Origin: Octopus sinensis
Taxonomy: Eukaryota
Length of the DNA stretch: 64,000 nucleotides
Assembly (NCBI RefSeq): GCF_006345805.1
Contig: NC_043019.1
Span: forward strand, 8,989,360-9,053,359
Reading direction: 5' to 3'
Shown here: one piece after another, positions 24,600 through 36,310 of the stretch
How the letters are laid out: every line of letters begins with the position of its first letter
How positions within the stretch are numbered: the first letter of the stretch is position 1
Notes under the pieces: generated by a model
Seen by the model: the letters and a program-made list of their open reading frames with translations, nothing else
The model's database searches: none
What the model was told of the DNA's origin: nothing
Translations under genes and position numbers: made by a program

Positions 24600-26134
24600 T
24601 TAATATTGTTTAGGCCAGGTAAGCACTGATCGAACAAAATGTGCGTCTTTGAACAAAATAATGGCATTTCTTAGTTTTGCCTTTAACCTGCTTCCATATA
24701 AAATTGCTCATCGGCAAAACACGGATAAAAAATACAATACTAAACCTTTTCCTCCAAAATATACGATCCAAATCACCACTGATGTGAGAAATTGTCTCAA
24801 ACCTGTTGATCATGACGAGTTCGAATGAAAAATGCACTTTTCATTTATTCTCATTTAAGTAAATCGAAAAGGAAAACCCTGGGGAGGCGTTTATCTTTTA
24901 GATGGAGCGTTACAACGGTGCAAAGGTGAATGATATCGCAATCCTATTTACTCATAAGGAACTAAAAGAGACATCAAAGGACACTTTAGTTTACTTACAA
25001 GACGGCGGAATTATAGTTTCCAGATGAAGGAATGACAGCAGAGCAGACCCAAGTCACATTGGAAGCGGTTCACTTTGAAAAAGCAATAAGAATCAACTTT
25101 TAATCTATCACCTAACTGGCTTCTGCTCAGATTCCTAAAAATTATATATGAAACCTAACAGACGATTTCTATATATAGATATTCTGATTGCATCCATGAA
25201 GAAGCACGTTTTAACAGCTAAGGACAAACATAGCCAGACGTCGATATATAGCCGTTCCAAACAAACCAATAGCTCATATATCTACTACGATTAACTGACG
25301 TGGTTTAATCCGCAATTTATTGAGCAAGTTTAAATCAACGTGGTGAAGATGTCCTTCCATAATAAAAAATACCACCAAAATGACAACGAACATGAAACAT
25401 TATATTTTAGGACAAAAAAAAACAATTACTTGTTCTCTATGTTTTTGAAATAATTCTTTGGTTGTATACTCACAAAATATCTCAGAGGAGAAGGTAGCGT
25501 TAATTCTCATGTCATAAGCTCGTGTCAGTTGGATGGCAAAGACATGATCAACGTATATCAAACTGCCAGAAAGAATTTTTAAGAGGCAGTCATAGTAGCA
25601 TAATAGGAGTTATCAAAAACTCTCGTAGAGAAGTCCCTCCGTGGGTCAAAAGGCGCACATGGAAAAAGAAATGTGTAAGTAAAGATACCGATATTAGAAC
25701 AGAACGTTGCTGTTTCTATTTATCTGAAGAACATCCGATTCTAAACCACAGCTCAACAATAATCAGTTAACGTCACAAATAACGCCACAGCATATTTGCT
25801 TCCTAATTTAGGAATAAAAGGTAGACAACTGGTCAATTCGAACAACCAATGTTATAGTAGCACCATGTCTTCTCATTCCATAAAACATTCAAAAGACATT
25901 GTTGAGTCGCAATTCCAAAGGACAACTGAATAATCGTAGCAGAGAAACAGGTACAGACACGAATGAAAAAAAAATACAAAAAAAAATCTTAAACGAATCG
26001 ATGAGAATTTCCAAAGCAAATAAAGAAATTTGTGATCTTACAAGAAAGAAACACCTTTCAACAACGTCTCTGCAACACACATAAACACAAAACTGTACGG
26101 ATCTATGAATACATACATGCAAGATTACATACAT

Positions 26135-26178
<44 letters not shown>

Positions 26179-26196
26179 ACATATATATATATATAT

Positions 26197-26258
<62 letters not shown>

Positions 26259-26271
26259 ATATATATATAAA

Positions 26272-26331
<60 letters not shown>

Positions 26332-26484
26332 TACATATACATTTATAATATGTGTTTTTATGTATAAAGTGTATATATATATATATATTACACTTTATAC
26401 ATAAAAACACATATCATAAATGTATATGTAATTATAACATATTATAATATATATGTATATATTATTAATAATTATATTATTAAT

Positions 26485-26600
26485 GCTTTGGTAGGGCCGA
26501 GGCTATAGTAGAAGACACTTGCCCAAGGTGTCACACAGTGGGACTGAATCCGGAACCATGTGGTTGGGAAGCAAGTAACTTACCACACAGCCACTCCTGC
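26485..26600 (-). mobile_element. SINE family A, 5' (tRNA-like) part
   Basis: Reverse complement reads GCAGGAGTGGCTGTGTGGTAAG...GGTTCCGGATTCAGTCCCACTGTGTGACACCTTGGGCAAGTG. Confidence 0.85.
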
Positions 26601-26623
26601 ATATATATATATATATGTGTGAA

Positions 26624-26959
26624 GGCGCATGGCTCAGTGGTTAGAGCGTCGAGCTTACGATCGTGAGGTTGTGAGCTCGAATCCCGGACCGGGCTGCGTG
26701 TTGTGTTCTCGAGCAAAGCACTTTATTTCACGTTGCTCCAGTTCACTCAGCTGTAGAAATGAGTTGCGACGTCACTGGTGCCAAGCTGTATCGGCCTTTG
26801 TCTTTCCTTTGGATAACACTGGTGGCGTGGGGAGGGGAGGCTGGTATGCATGGGCGACTGCTGGTCTTCCATAAACAACCTTGCCCGGACTTGTGTCTAG
26901 GAGGGTAACTTTCTAGGTGCAATCCCATGGTCATTCATGACCGAAGGGGGTCTTTACCC

Positions 26960-26964
<5 letters not shown>
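26624..26964 (+). mobile_element. Apparently complete tRNA-derived SINE, family C
   Basis: GGCGCATGGCTCAGTGGTTAGAGCG (A box) ... GAGCTCGAATCCCGG (B box, one mismatch), then GTGTTCTCGAGCAAAGCACTTT and a unique body ending TTTACCCCTTTT. Confidence 0.85.
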
Positions 26965-27009
<45 letters not shown>

Positions 27010-27058
27010 AATAGACGCACGTGCCTCTATTGATGTGCGCTTCCCATAATAACAGGAA

Positions 27059-27131
27059 TCTTACTGAAAAGCCTACCTGAGTAAATAAATATTATTTTTA
27101 TTGCTGAAATAGGCGAAACTGCAGTCTAAGA
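27059..27131 (+). ncRNA. Type I hammerhead ribozyme motif with G8A core change
   Basis: TCTTA-CTGAAAA-GCCTA-(34 nt)-TAGGC-GAAA-CTGCAG-TC-TAAGA. Stem I 5 bp, stem II 5 bp, palindromic stem III ACTGCAGT, GUC triplet, predicted cut after 27126. Confidence 0.75.
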
Positions 27132-27388
27132 AGAACTAAGTTTGTAAAAGTTTTTTAATTTTCATCTCATTAAATTTATCCAGCTTTGTGTATCTAGTAC
27201 ACACTTCGCCTTTTAATGTACTTATATATGAATAATATATGGCGTGTCCTAGAACACCGGCGATAATAATTAATTTTATTGTATCGCATTTGACTTTGTT
27301 TACGTATATATATATATATATATATATATACAGTCAAATTAAATCAATGAACATTAAAGTGTACGATGCACAGTAAAGGGGAAGACTT

Positions 27389-27421
27389 TTTGATGTTTCG
27401 AGCATAGCACATCGTCGGAAA
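27389..27421 (-). ncRNA. Decayed minimal hammerhead motif
   Basis: Minus strand UUU-CCGACGA-U-GUGC-UAU-GCUC-GAAA-CA-UC-AAA; same layout as 62673-62707. Confidence 0.5.
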
Positions 27422-27759
27422 CGAAAAAAGGGAGAAGTTCAAAGAAGGTAAAACATAATCCCCGACAGCAGGTCTGTAATGACATGGCTACAGTGCACAC
27501 ATGTAAATATCCACTTTTGTCAATACACATATACATATAAGTGTGTGTGTGTTCTCGTGTGCGTGTGCGCATGCGCGTGAGTGGACGGTTGTATGAGTAC
27601 GAATTTCTTTCCTGGAGATATTTGTAGTCGTTCGTAATATACCCACAAAAGTGTAACTCTGACTAGGAGGAGAAAAGCTTTTTAGCTGACACCACAATAT
27701 GTATATAGTCATCTCTGTGGCGTATCTTCTACAGAAAATGCGGTGTATGTGTGTGTACA

Positions 27760-27805
<46 letters not shown>

Positions 27806-27886
27806 GTATGTATATATATAATATATATATATGTATATATGTATGTGTGTATATTATATATATATATATATATTTATATATATGTC

Positions 27887-27917
<31 letters not shown>

Positions 27918-29384
27918 GTCTATATGTATATATATATCATTTGCTTGTACGTTTGTGTGTGTGTGTATGTATGTGTACATTTATACGTTTAAGTATTGAT
28001 TCATGATATTTTGAACAGTTAATTTGTAAGGAATGTAGCAAAACGAAATAAAGAATGTAATGCGAGGGAAGCTAAGTAGCATAGAGAGCTGAAGAATCGC
28101 ATATCTTAATCGAGATAAGAGCAAACATGCATACACACATATATACACACACACACACACACGTATATATAAATGTATATGTGTGTGTCTCTGCGTATTT
28201 TTTTGTGTTTGTCCGTCTACGTCCGTGTTTGCGTTTTTGTATGTGTGTGCAGTGTATGAATTATATTTACAATTAGATTCATGTGGACGCATGCGTTTCT
28301 AAGCTTGTGAACCGTGTGCTTCTCTGTTTCTACATTTGCTCGCGCGTGTGCCCATGTGACTACGTGTGTGTGTATGCGTGTGTGTTTGTCTATGTCTAAT
28401 TACATTCAGAGATGAAGAAAATGATTTACTAAGACGTGTAATTGAAAACATATTGAAGAGATAAGAAGAGCACGTTAAATTAAACACTTAGAGTTAAATC
28501 TCTGAAAATAAAATCATACTAAAAGAAATTCCGCATCTTCATAGAGAATTCTCCGTTACACATTGTTATTACGTTTCAGGCATTTATATTATGTAATGTA
28601 CTCATTATTTCAGGTAGCAACGTATTGTATTCTGAGGCAATGGCTTTCTATAATGAAAAACACACCACTGAATAAAACAACAGTGTGTGTTACATAAGAT
28701 AGAACGAGCAGCGAATAAAACACAGTTTAGTGAATATATAGTTGGAGTAGACAGTCGTAATTTGGACACGTAATGTATGAAATTTATTTGTTTGTGTCTG
28801 GGGGTTGAGTTTAGAAGTGGTTGGACATTTATGATGTTGTAAAAGGAAGAATGCAAAATACAGTTCCTCTAATGATACGTCGTAAGTGTAGATAAATTGT
28901 TGGCTGAACAAATTGGTAAACATAAACATGCGTAACATTTAATTTATCTGTCAAATAATAGGATGCTTGAAGATATAACTAGACATCTTTCTTATTATTA
29001 ATCATAAATTGTTTGAAAGGTTTAACACACGAAATGATAAATGAGGAGACAAGATCTAAACGTGTGTTGGTTAATTAATTGATGGAATTTCGTGGGGCTC
29101 AGCGGTATGAGTATTATGTGGTCTTTTATGGCAAATTCAAACAAGATTACGATTTCAACATCAAAAGCCAAACCTGAAAGCAAAGTATTTGCTGTTTGTT
29201 CTTCTTCTAATGTGTACGTATGCAGATAAAATTTTGTTTTGAAAGTATTAGTTTTTAATTCTATATACGATGCTGAAAAATATTTTATTCTTTGTAAAGA
29301 ATAAAAAGTTTTGAATGGTACAACAATGCACTAGAATACAAAAATTGGGCTATATACCTGTTGGAATTTAGTCATCCATAGTGT

Positions 29385-29418
29385 GATAATATTTCGGAAT
29401 AAAATTCCTTCTTCAGAT
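29385..29418 (-). ncRNA. Minimal type I hammerhead motif, canonical core
   Basis: Minus strand AU-CUGAAGA-A-GGAAU-UUU-AUUCC-GAAA-UA-UU-AUC. Perfect 5-bp stem II, palindromic AUAU stem III, only 2 bp of proximal stem I. Confidence 0.6.
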
Positions 29419-29580
29419 ATTCTTAGATGGAGTTGCTCAGACTACGGATGATTAAATTACAACAGGTATATATCCCGTTGTTTGTATTATAGTGCATTGT
29501 TTTACCATTCAAATGTTTTTAATCTTTACAAACAATACACAATGCTTCAAGCGAACTACAATACACTCCTATTTTATTTT

Positions 29581-29825
29581 TTTATTTTATTCGTTTCAGT
29601 CATTTCACAGCAGCCATGCTGGAGCACTGCTTTTAATCGAACAAATCGACCCAGCAAACCTAGTAATTATTTTATCGGTCTGGCGAACGGCTAACTTTCA
29701 GGGACATAAACACACCAACATCGGTTGTCTAACGACGGTGGTGGGAACGGACACACACACACACATATATATATAAGACGGGCTTCTTTCAGTTTCCGCC
29801 AGCCAAATCCACTCACTAAACTTGA
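29581..29825 (-). mobile_element. SINE family A, 3' two-thirds
   Basis: Homology to 17031-17450. Confidence 0.85.
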
Positions 29826-30066
29826 TAAAATGAAGCCAATCACTGAAATTGCAAATTCTTTTTATAAAACAATTACAGTTAGAATTATTTCTACGATAAA
29901 TTGAAGCTTTATAAATATATCCATGCATACATTCGTATCATCTCGGTAATAACCCCATAACATGCATTTAAAGGCCCCTCTAAGGTTATCGGCTACCATA
30001 GGTATTTACGCAACTATCTATATAGTAGTTTATGTAATAGTATAATATAAAAATCTCGTTTTATGA

Positions 30067-30104
<38 letters not shown>

Positions 30105-30204
30105 ATTATATATATATATATTATAAGCATGGTTGGACAGTAGAACCGTCCAACCCATGCTAGCATGGAAAACGGACGCTAAATGATGATGATGATGATA
30201 CACC

Positions 30205-30545
30205 CATGGGTGGCTGTGTGGTAACAGAATTCTTTGCAAACCACATGGTTCCGAGTACTATCTCGCTGCATGGCACCTTGGGCAAGTGTCTTCTTCTATA
30301 GCCTCGGGCCGACCAGAGCCTTGTGAGTAGAATTGGTAGACGGAAACTGAAAGCAGCCTGTCGTATATATATAAATTATTATATTTGTGTGTGTGTATGT
30401 GTGTATTTGTACCATCGCCATCGCTTAAACAATCGATGTTGGTGTGTTTATGTCCCCTTAACGGGATGGTTCGGCAAGAGATACCGATAGAGTATTTACT
30501 AGACTTACAAAGCATAACTACTGGAGTCGATTTCTTCGACTAAAA
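30205..30545 (+). mobile_element. SINE family A lacking its normal tail
   Basis: Collinear with family A up to GTCGATTTCTTCGACTAAAA, then switches to R4/Dong-like sequence. Confidence 0.85.
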
Positions 30546-30857
30546 TCCTACATACACTGGAAGCTATGCCAACATAATGGAATAACAACAGAAAAAAGAT
30601 GGTATAGGCACACGCCAGAAAAAGTCACTGAAAACGAGAAAGCAAACTATACTAAAAAAATATTCAGACAAATACATAACAAAAACACCAGAAATTACAA
30701 ACACATATAACATACAGAAAATTGCACTACTAGGCACTGCACACATCCATACAATAACCTTCAGAGCATCACAACAAATCACAGAACATACCTAAGGCAC
30801 ACAGGACTGCGCTCGGTAGTGAAGTGAAAGCACGCTATGAAAATAAAACTACTGAAT
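30545..30857 (+). mobile_element. R4/Dong-like (RLE-type non-LTR) 3' end, internally deleted, followed by (AAT)n
   Basis: Translation SYIHWKLCQHNGITTEKRWYRHTPEKVTENEKA, deletion, KKYSDKYITKTPEITNTYNIQKIALLGTAHI; these match R4-clade C-terminal motifs HW.LC, W..H.PEKV.EN and IQK.ALLGTAHIL. Confidence 0.75.
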
Positions 30858-30858
30858 G

Positions 30859-30912
<54 letters not shown>

Positions 30913-30926
30913 TAATAATAATAATA

Positions 30927-30993
<67 letters not shown>
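30858..30993. repeat. (AAT)n microsatellite
   Basis: Direct reading. Confidence 0.95.
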
Positions 30994-30995
<2 letters not shown>

Positions 30996-31010
30996 GTAAT
31001 AATAATTATT

Positions 31011-31160
31011 TCTACGTTAGGCACAAGGCCTAAAATTTTGTGGGGAGGGGTTCAGTCGATTACATGACCTCCAAAGTTTCACTGGTACTTTATTTATCGA
31101 TCCCGAATGATGAAAGACAACGTTAGCCTCGGTGGAATTTGAATTGAGAACTTAACGACG
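31011..31160 (-). mobile_element. SINE family B, partial
   Basis: Homology to other family B copies. Confidence 0.8.
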
Positions 31161-31371
31161 CAATTATAATAATAATAAGAAGAAATACTTCAAGAGATTC
31201 ACATTTTCCTCTCTCGATCACGTGATTTCCTTGTTCCCAAATGTAATCGATACAATTATTAGTGATTTTGTTCTTCGTATTGATGATATTGGTGTTGGTT
31301 TAGTGGCCATTGTTGAGGCAGTAGATATTATTATCAACATCGTCGATGTGATCATCGCCATTATCATTATT

Positions 31372-31409
<38 letters not shown>

Positions 31410-31568
31410 TCTCATCATCATCATCATTATCATCACCATCATTACATTTGTATGACGTAATAGCCACATTAGCGCCATCATCACGATATTTCGTAAGATA
31501 TCCAGATATAGGCATATACATACATACATACATACATACATATGTGTGATTGCGTGCTTGTATATATA

Positions 31569-31607
<39 letters not shown>

Positions 31608-32618
31608 CACACGCACAGACGCACACACAAACGCACAGCCGCATAATATCGATACGTTCATAAGTGAAGCAAGACAATGGTATATATATACAAAATATAA
31701 GGCAAGTGAAAAATATAAGAATACCAACGTAAGTAAACAGACTGAAAACGTGTTGAAGCGATGAAACGAAATTAACGTATCAGGATGTGGAAAGCTAAAC
31801 TATGATATATCGTCGAATACGATAAGGTCTAGAGTTCAACGCTTTACTCTATTGATCCTTATCTATAACTTAGCGACAAAATATGGCCGCGTCTGACACA
31901 CCATCGCTCTCACTACCTCACACTCTCTCACTCGCTCTCTCTCTCATCGTCTCTCTCTCTCTCTCTCTCCCTCTCTCTCCTCACACAGGTACTATTGCCT
32001 GTTGGTGTACTTGCACTGACTACATACAAATATACTTACACAAACGCCAACGCTGACGCACATACCGCCGTATACCTATATATATATATATATATAATAT
32101 AATATATAATATAAATACACATATAACACACACATATATATATATATACATATACATACATATACGTATGTAAATATAATATATAAGCATATATATATAT
32201 AGACATGCAAATATATATTTATATAATGTATATATGTTGTTGTATATATGTATATATACATATGTTTGTATAGTTGTATATATATATGTACTTTATTACT
32301 TTCTTTAACTCTTTCTGTTTTGCTATCTATCTTTCTCCACTCTGTCTCTCTCTCTCTCTCTCTCCTTTTTACTCTGGTGTATAAAGATACATACATATAT
32401 ACATACATACACACATATACGCACAATTATATATATATGTATAGGTATGTGTGTACGCGTCTGTTTTCGAAAGTGATTCCCGAAGCTGAATCCGGCTTCT
32501 TTTTCGAACATAATACTCTTTCCAGCTAATCTCTATCTCCATCTCTTTCGCGTCTTCATGTGTCCACATTTCCGCGAAACATTGTTAAATACTAAGTCGA
32601 ACGTCATACATATACCTG

Positions 32619-32667
<49 letters not shown>

Positions 32668-32700
32668 ACATGTATAAGCATATAGATATGTATAGGCGTG

Positions 32701-32735
<35 letters not shown>

Positions 32736-33175
32736 CACACACATAAATATACGTACATATATAGATAGTTAGATACACATGTATTATTATATATCATGAT
32801 ATAAAATATTATATACAATATATATATATATATACATGTTTGTATACACATATATATATTATGTATATATATATATATGTATATATATATAATATATATA
32901 TATATATATTATATATATTATGGGGGGGGGATTCATCTGCTACACTAAGTAATGGAAGGGATCTGTAGCAGAAAGTGATAGGGAAGGAAATTTAGCTGAA
33001 GACATATCCGTTTAATTAATTTAAGAATTTACATGTTCGTTGTATTGGCTGCTTGATGTATAATACACTATGTATTCAATTTAATTTAACACATTCTCCA
33101 GATATATATACATATATGTGCGTGTATTTATATAATTATATATATATATACACAAACATACACACAAATACAATG

Positions 33176-33208
<33 letters not shown>

Positions 33209-33273
33209 CCATTATGATCATTATTATTATTATCATAATTATTGTTATTATCATTATTGTTGTTGTTGTTATA

Positions 33274-33305
<32 letters not shown>

Positions 33306-33684
33306 CATTATTAATTCTATCATTATTTTTATTTGTATTATTTTAGTATCTTATGACTGAAATCTTTCGTCTCACATCTTGTGACCTCTTTAGCGATTCT
33401 GCATCACACGTGTCTCCACTCACGATTACATATCTGGAAACTTGCAAAACAAATATATAAACGTAATATGGTGTTTCATTTTTCTTTTTTGCAAACTGTC
33501 GATCTCACCCGGAGCACTCTCTGTATATATGTACGAGATGGATGCACATAAACTTTGTATACATCTACGTAATTATACACATAAAGGTGGACGCAAAACA
33601 AATGCAGACGTACATGCATCTATAGATTGCACGGTTGGTACGATAGGCACAATAATTAAATGCGACCCTAAATTTTAGGCTGAC

Positions 33685-33888
33685 AAAGCGACGAGCTGGC
33701 AGAAACCGGACGAAATACTTAGCAGTATTTCGTCTGTCTTTACGTTCTGAGTTAAAATTTCACCGAGGTCATCTTTGCTTTCATCAATTCGGGATTGATA
33801 GATTAAGAACCAGTTGCCTACTGGGGTCGATATAATCGACTGGCCCCTCCACAGAAATTTCTGTCCTTGTACCTAGAATAGAAAAGAA
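33685..33888 (+). mobile_element. SINE family B
   Basis: Homology to other family B copies. Confidence 0.85.
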
Positions 33889-34381
33889 TATTTTAGGCTG
33901 AGGAAACATCTCGTATCTCACGTCATACTTGATGTTCTCTGTTACTCATTGTTACATGAAGGTCATCGCCATACGCTGTTCCTCCACGGATGGAAGGATT
34001 CCCTTTGTAGTTGACTGATGTAATTTTGTGTACGCTGGTTTTTGATTCTTTAAGATTAAGCTCATATCAATCAAAATGTTGTTGGGGTTAGAGAAAATGA
34101 TTCCGCGTGACTCCCTGTGATGTTTGACTTTTTAAACATCAACATATAAAACAGTCTTAAGCTTACTACAATAACATAGCACCCAAGCACACGCATAGAT
34201 ATATCAACACACATATGTTTGTTTACGAAAATACATATGTGAGTATCTATGAATGAAGGTGTGTATATGTGTGTGTGCGTGCCTTCATGTACGAATGTGT
34301 GTATGTATACAGCATGCTTATATATATGTATATATATATATATTATACATATATATATATGTGTGTGTGTGTGTATGTATG

Positions 34382-34412
<31 letters not shown>

Positions 34413-34419
34413 ATATATG

Positions 34420-34459
<40 letters not shown>

Positions 34460-34538
34460 TATATATACTTGCACATGCACATATTTGCATCTATCTGTGT
34501 ATGTCCGTGTGTTTATGTATGCACACACACACAAACAC

Positions 34539-34569
<31 letters not shown>

Positions 34570-35113
34570 AACACGCACATATGTATATATACATAAATAC
34601 ATATATAGTTGTTCACATATATACAGAAACGTATGTGCGTGTGTGTGTGTGTGTGTGTGTTGTGTGTATGCATGTGTGTGCATGTTTTGTGCGTGTGTGT
34701 GTGTGTGTGTGTGCGCGTGATTGATTAGATATGACGTCATTACAGACATTATAAAATAAAGAGAATAAACAAAAGTCCTTCTTTTCTTTCCGTGCTCTCC
34801 TGCGATGTTGCCAGAAGCCGAGTAAACGAACAAGATCTTGAAGATAACAAACTCTTTGGACAATTGGGAGCCGAAGAGTATGGCCTGGCATTTAACAGAT
34901 TTTCAGACGTACATTGAATAGAATACAAACGGTTCCACAAACACACATATACACAATCACATCTCACACATTTACACGCGTCTACACTCTTTCACACAAG
35001 CAGCAGCAAAGGCGCACGCACACACAAGCACACATTATAAAAAGATAGACGAGCATACGTGCATACACACATTTACCTATGTGGAAATGTATATTACTCG
35101 AAGCCTTTCATAT

Positions 35114-35164
<51 letters not shown>

Positions 35165-35814
35165 TATAGGTGGAAAACAATTCGATTCATTATTATTATT
35201 ATTATTATTATTAATTATGAGCTGTGAAGGTACTTAATTGACACTAGGCCCGTAAGTCACTTCTGTATTCTCATTTAAGTTATACAGATAGACATCTGTG
35301 TGTGCATACATATGGATACAAATATACATATATGTATGCGTGTGCGTGTGTGCATGTGTGTGTATGTATGTATGTATGTATGTATGTATGTATTTATGCG
35401 TTTATTTTTATATATACATCTGTGTGTATGTATATGAATATATATATATAATTATATATATACTTATATATACCACACACATATGACATTATATTTAACG
35501 AAATATATACATATATATATATACATATACACATATACATACCTACGTATATGACACTATATTCCACGTAACATCACAATTTTAATTCCTTTTACATCAT
35601 GACTGTCTGACGAACAGGAAGTGAAATAGGTTTGTGATAATTTGGCTACTTTAGTAAAAGCATATTATTCTACATTTGGTATTTGAGTACCATTTTCCCA
35701 CCCTGTTTTACACTTATGTACTCGTATACATATGTATGTATGTATATATATATATGTAAGTATATATGTATGTATATTTATATATGTATATATATACTTT
35801 GTTGTTGGTGTTAT

Positions 35815-35884
35815 ATAGATAGATAGATGAATAGATAGATAGACAGACAGACAGACAGACTGACAGACAGACAGACAGACAGAC

Positions 35885-35941
<57 letters not shown>

Positions 35942-36024
35942 TACACAGAGAGAGATAGAGAGAGAGAGAGAGATTGAGAGAGAGATAGAGAGAGAGATTG
36001 AGAGAGAGAGAGATAGATAGACAC

Positions 36025-36110
<86 letters not shown>
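35815..36110. repeat. (GATA)n/(GACA)n/(GA)n compound microsatellite
   Basis: Direct reading. Confidence 0.95.
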
Positions 36111-36111
<1 letters not shown>

Positions 36112-36169
36112 TTTACAAACGCAGTTGTGAGAAACGTGTTGTGAGTCTGAGTGGATGGAACTGTCGTAA

Positions 36170-36310
36170 CACTGCTTCAGCTTAAGTCTGGACCTGTTTA
36201 GAGACGTATTCTATCTCCGCTGTATATTAATTCGTTCTTTGAATATGAAGTGAAAAGACTTTTACAAGGAAATTATCTTGGAATACGTTACACACGGATC
36301 CGGAGTTGAG
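36170..36310 (+). mobile_element. Possible highly decayed LINE RT fragment
   Basis: [39 protein letters not shown] resembles the SGVxQGxILSPLLF region; no YADD motif seen. Confidence 0.3.

Noticed and set aside
24900-25030. MERYNGAKVNDIAILF...YLQDGG, vaguely Helitron-like
   Set aside because: Only about 40 aa, with no Rep or helicase motifs nearby.
25529-25680. 146-nt open segment ending in a perfect GTAAGT donor
   Set aside because: Weak acceptor, unrecognised peptide and no partner exon.
26624-26697. tRNA-like sequence
   Set aside because: Acceptor and anticodon stems do not pair properly and it continues into a SINE body; it is a SINE head, not a tRNA gene.
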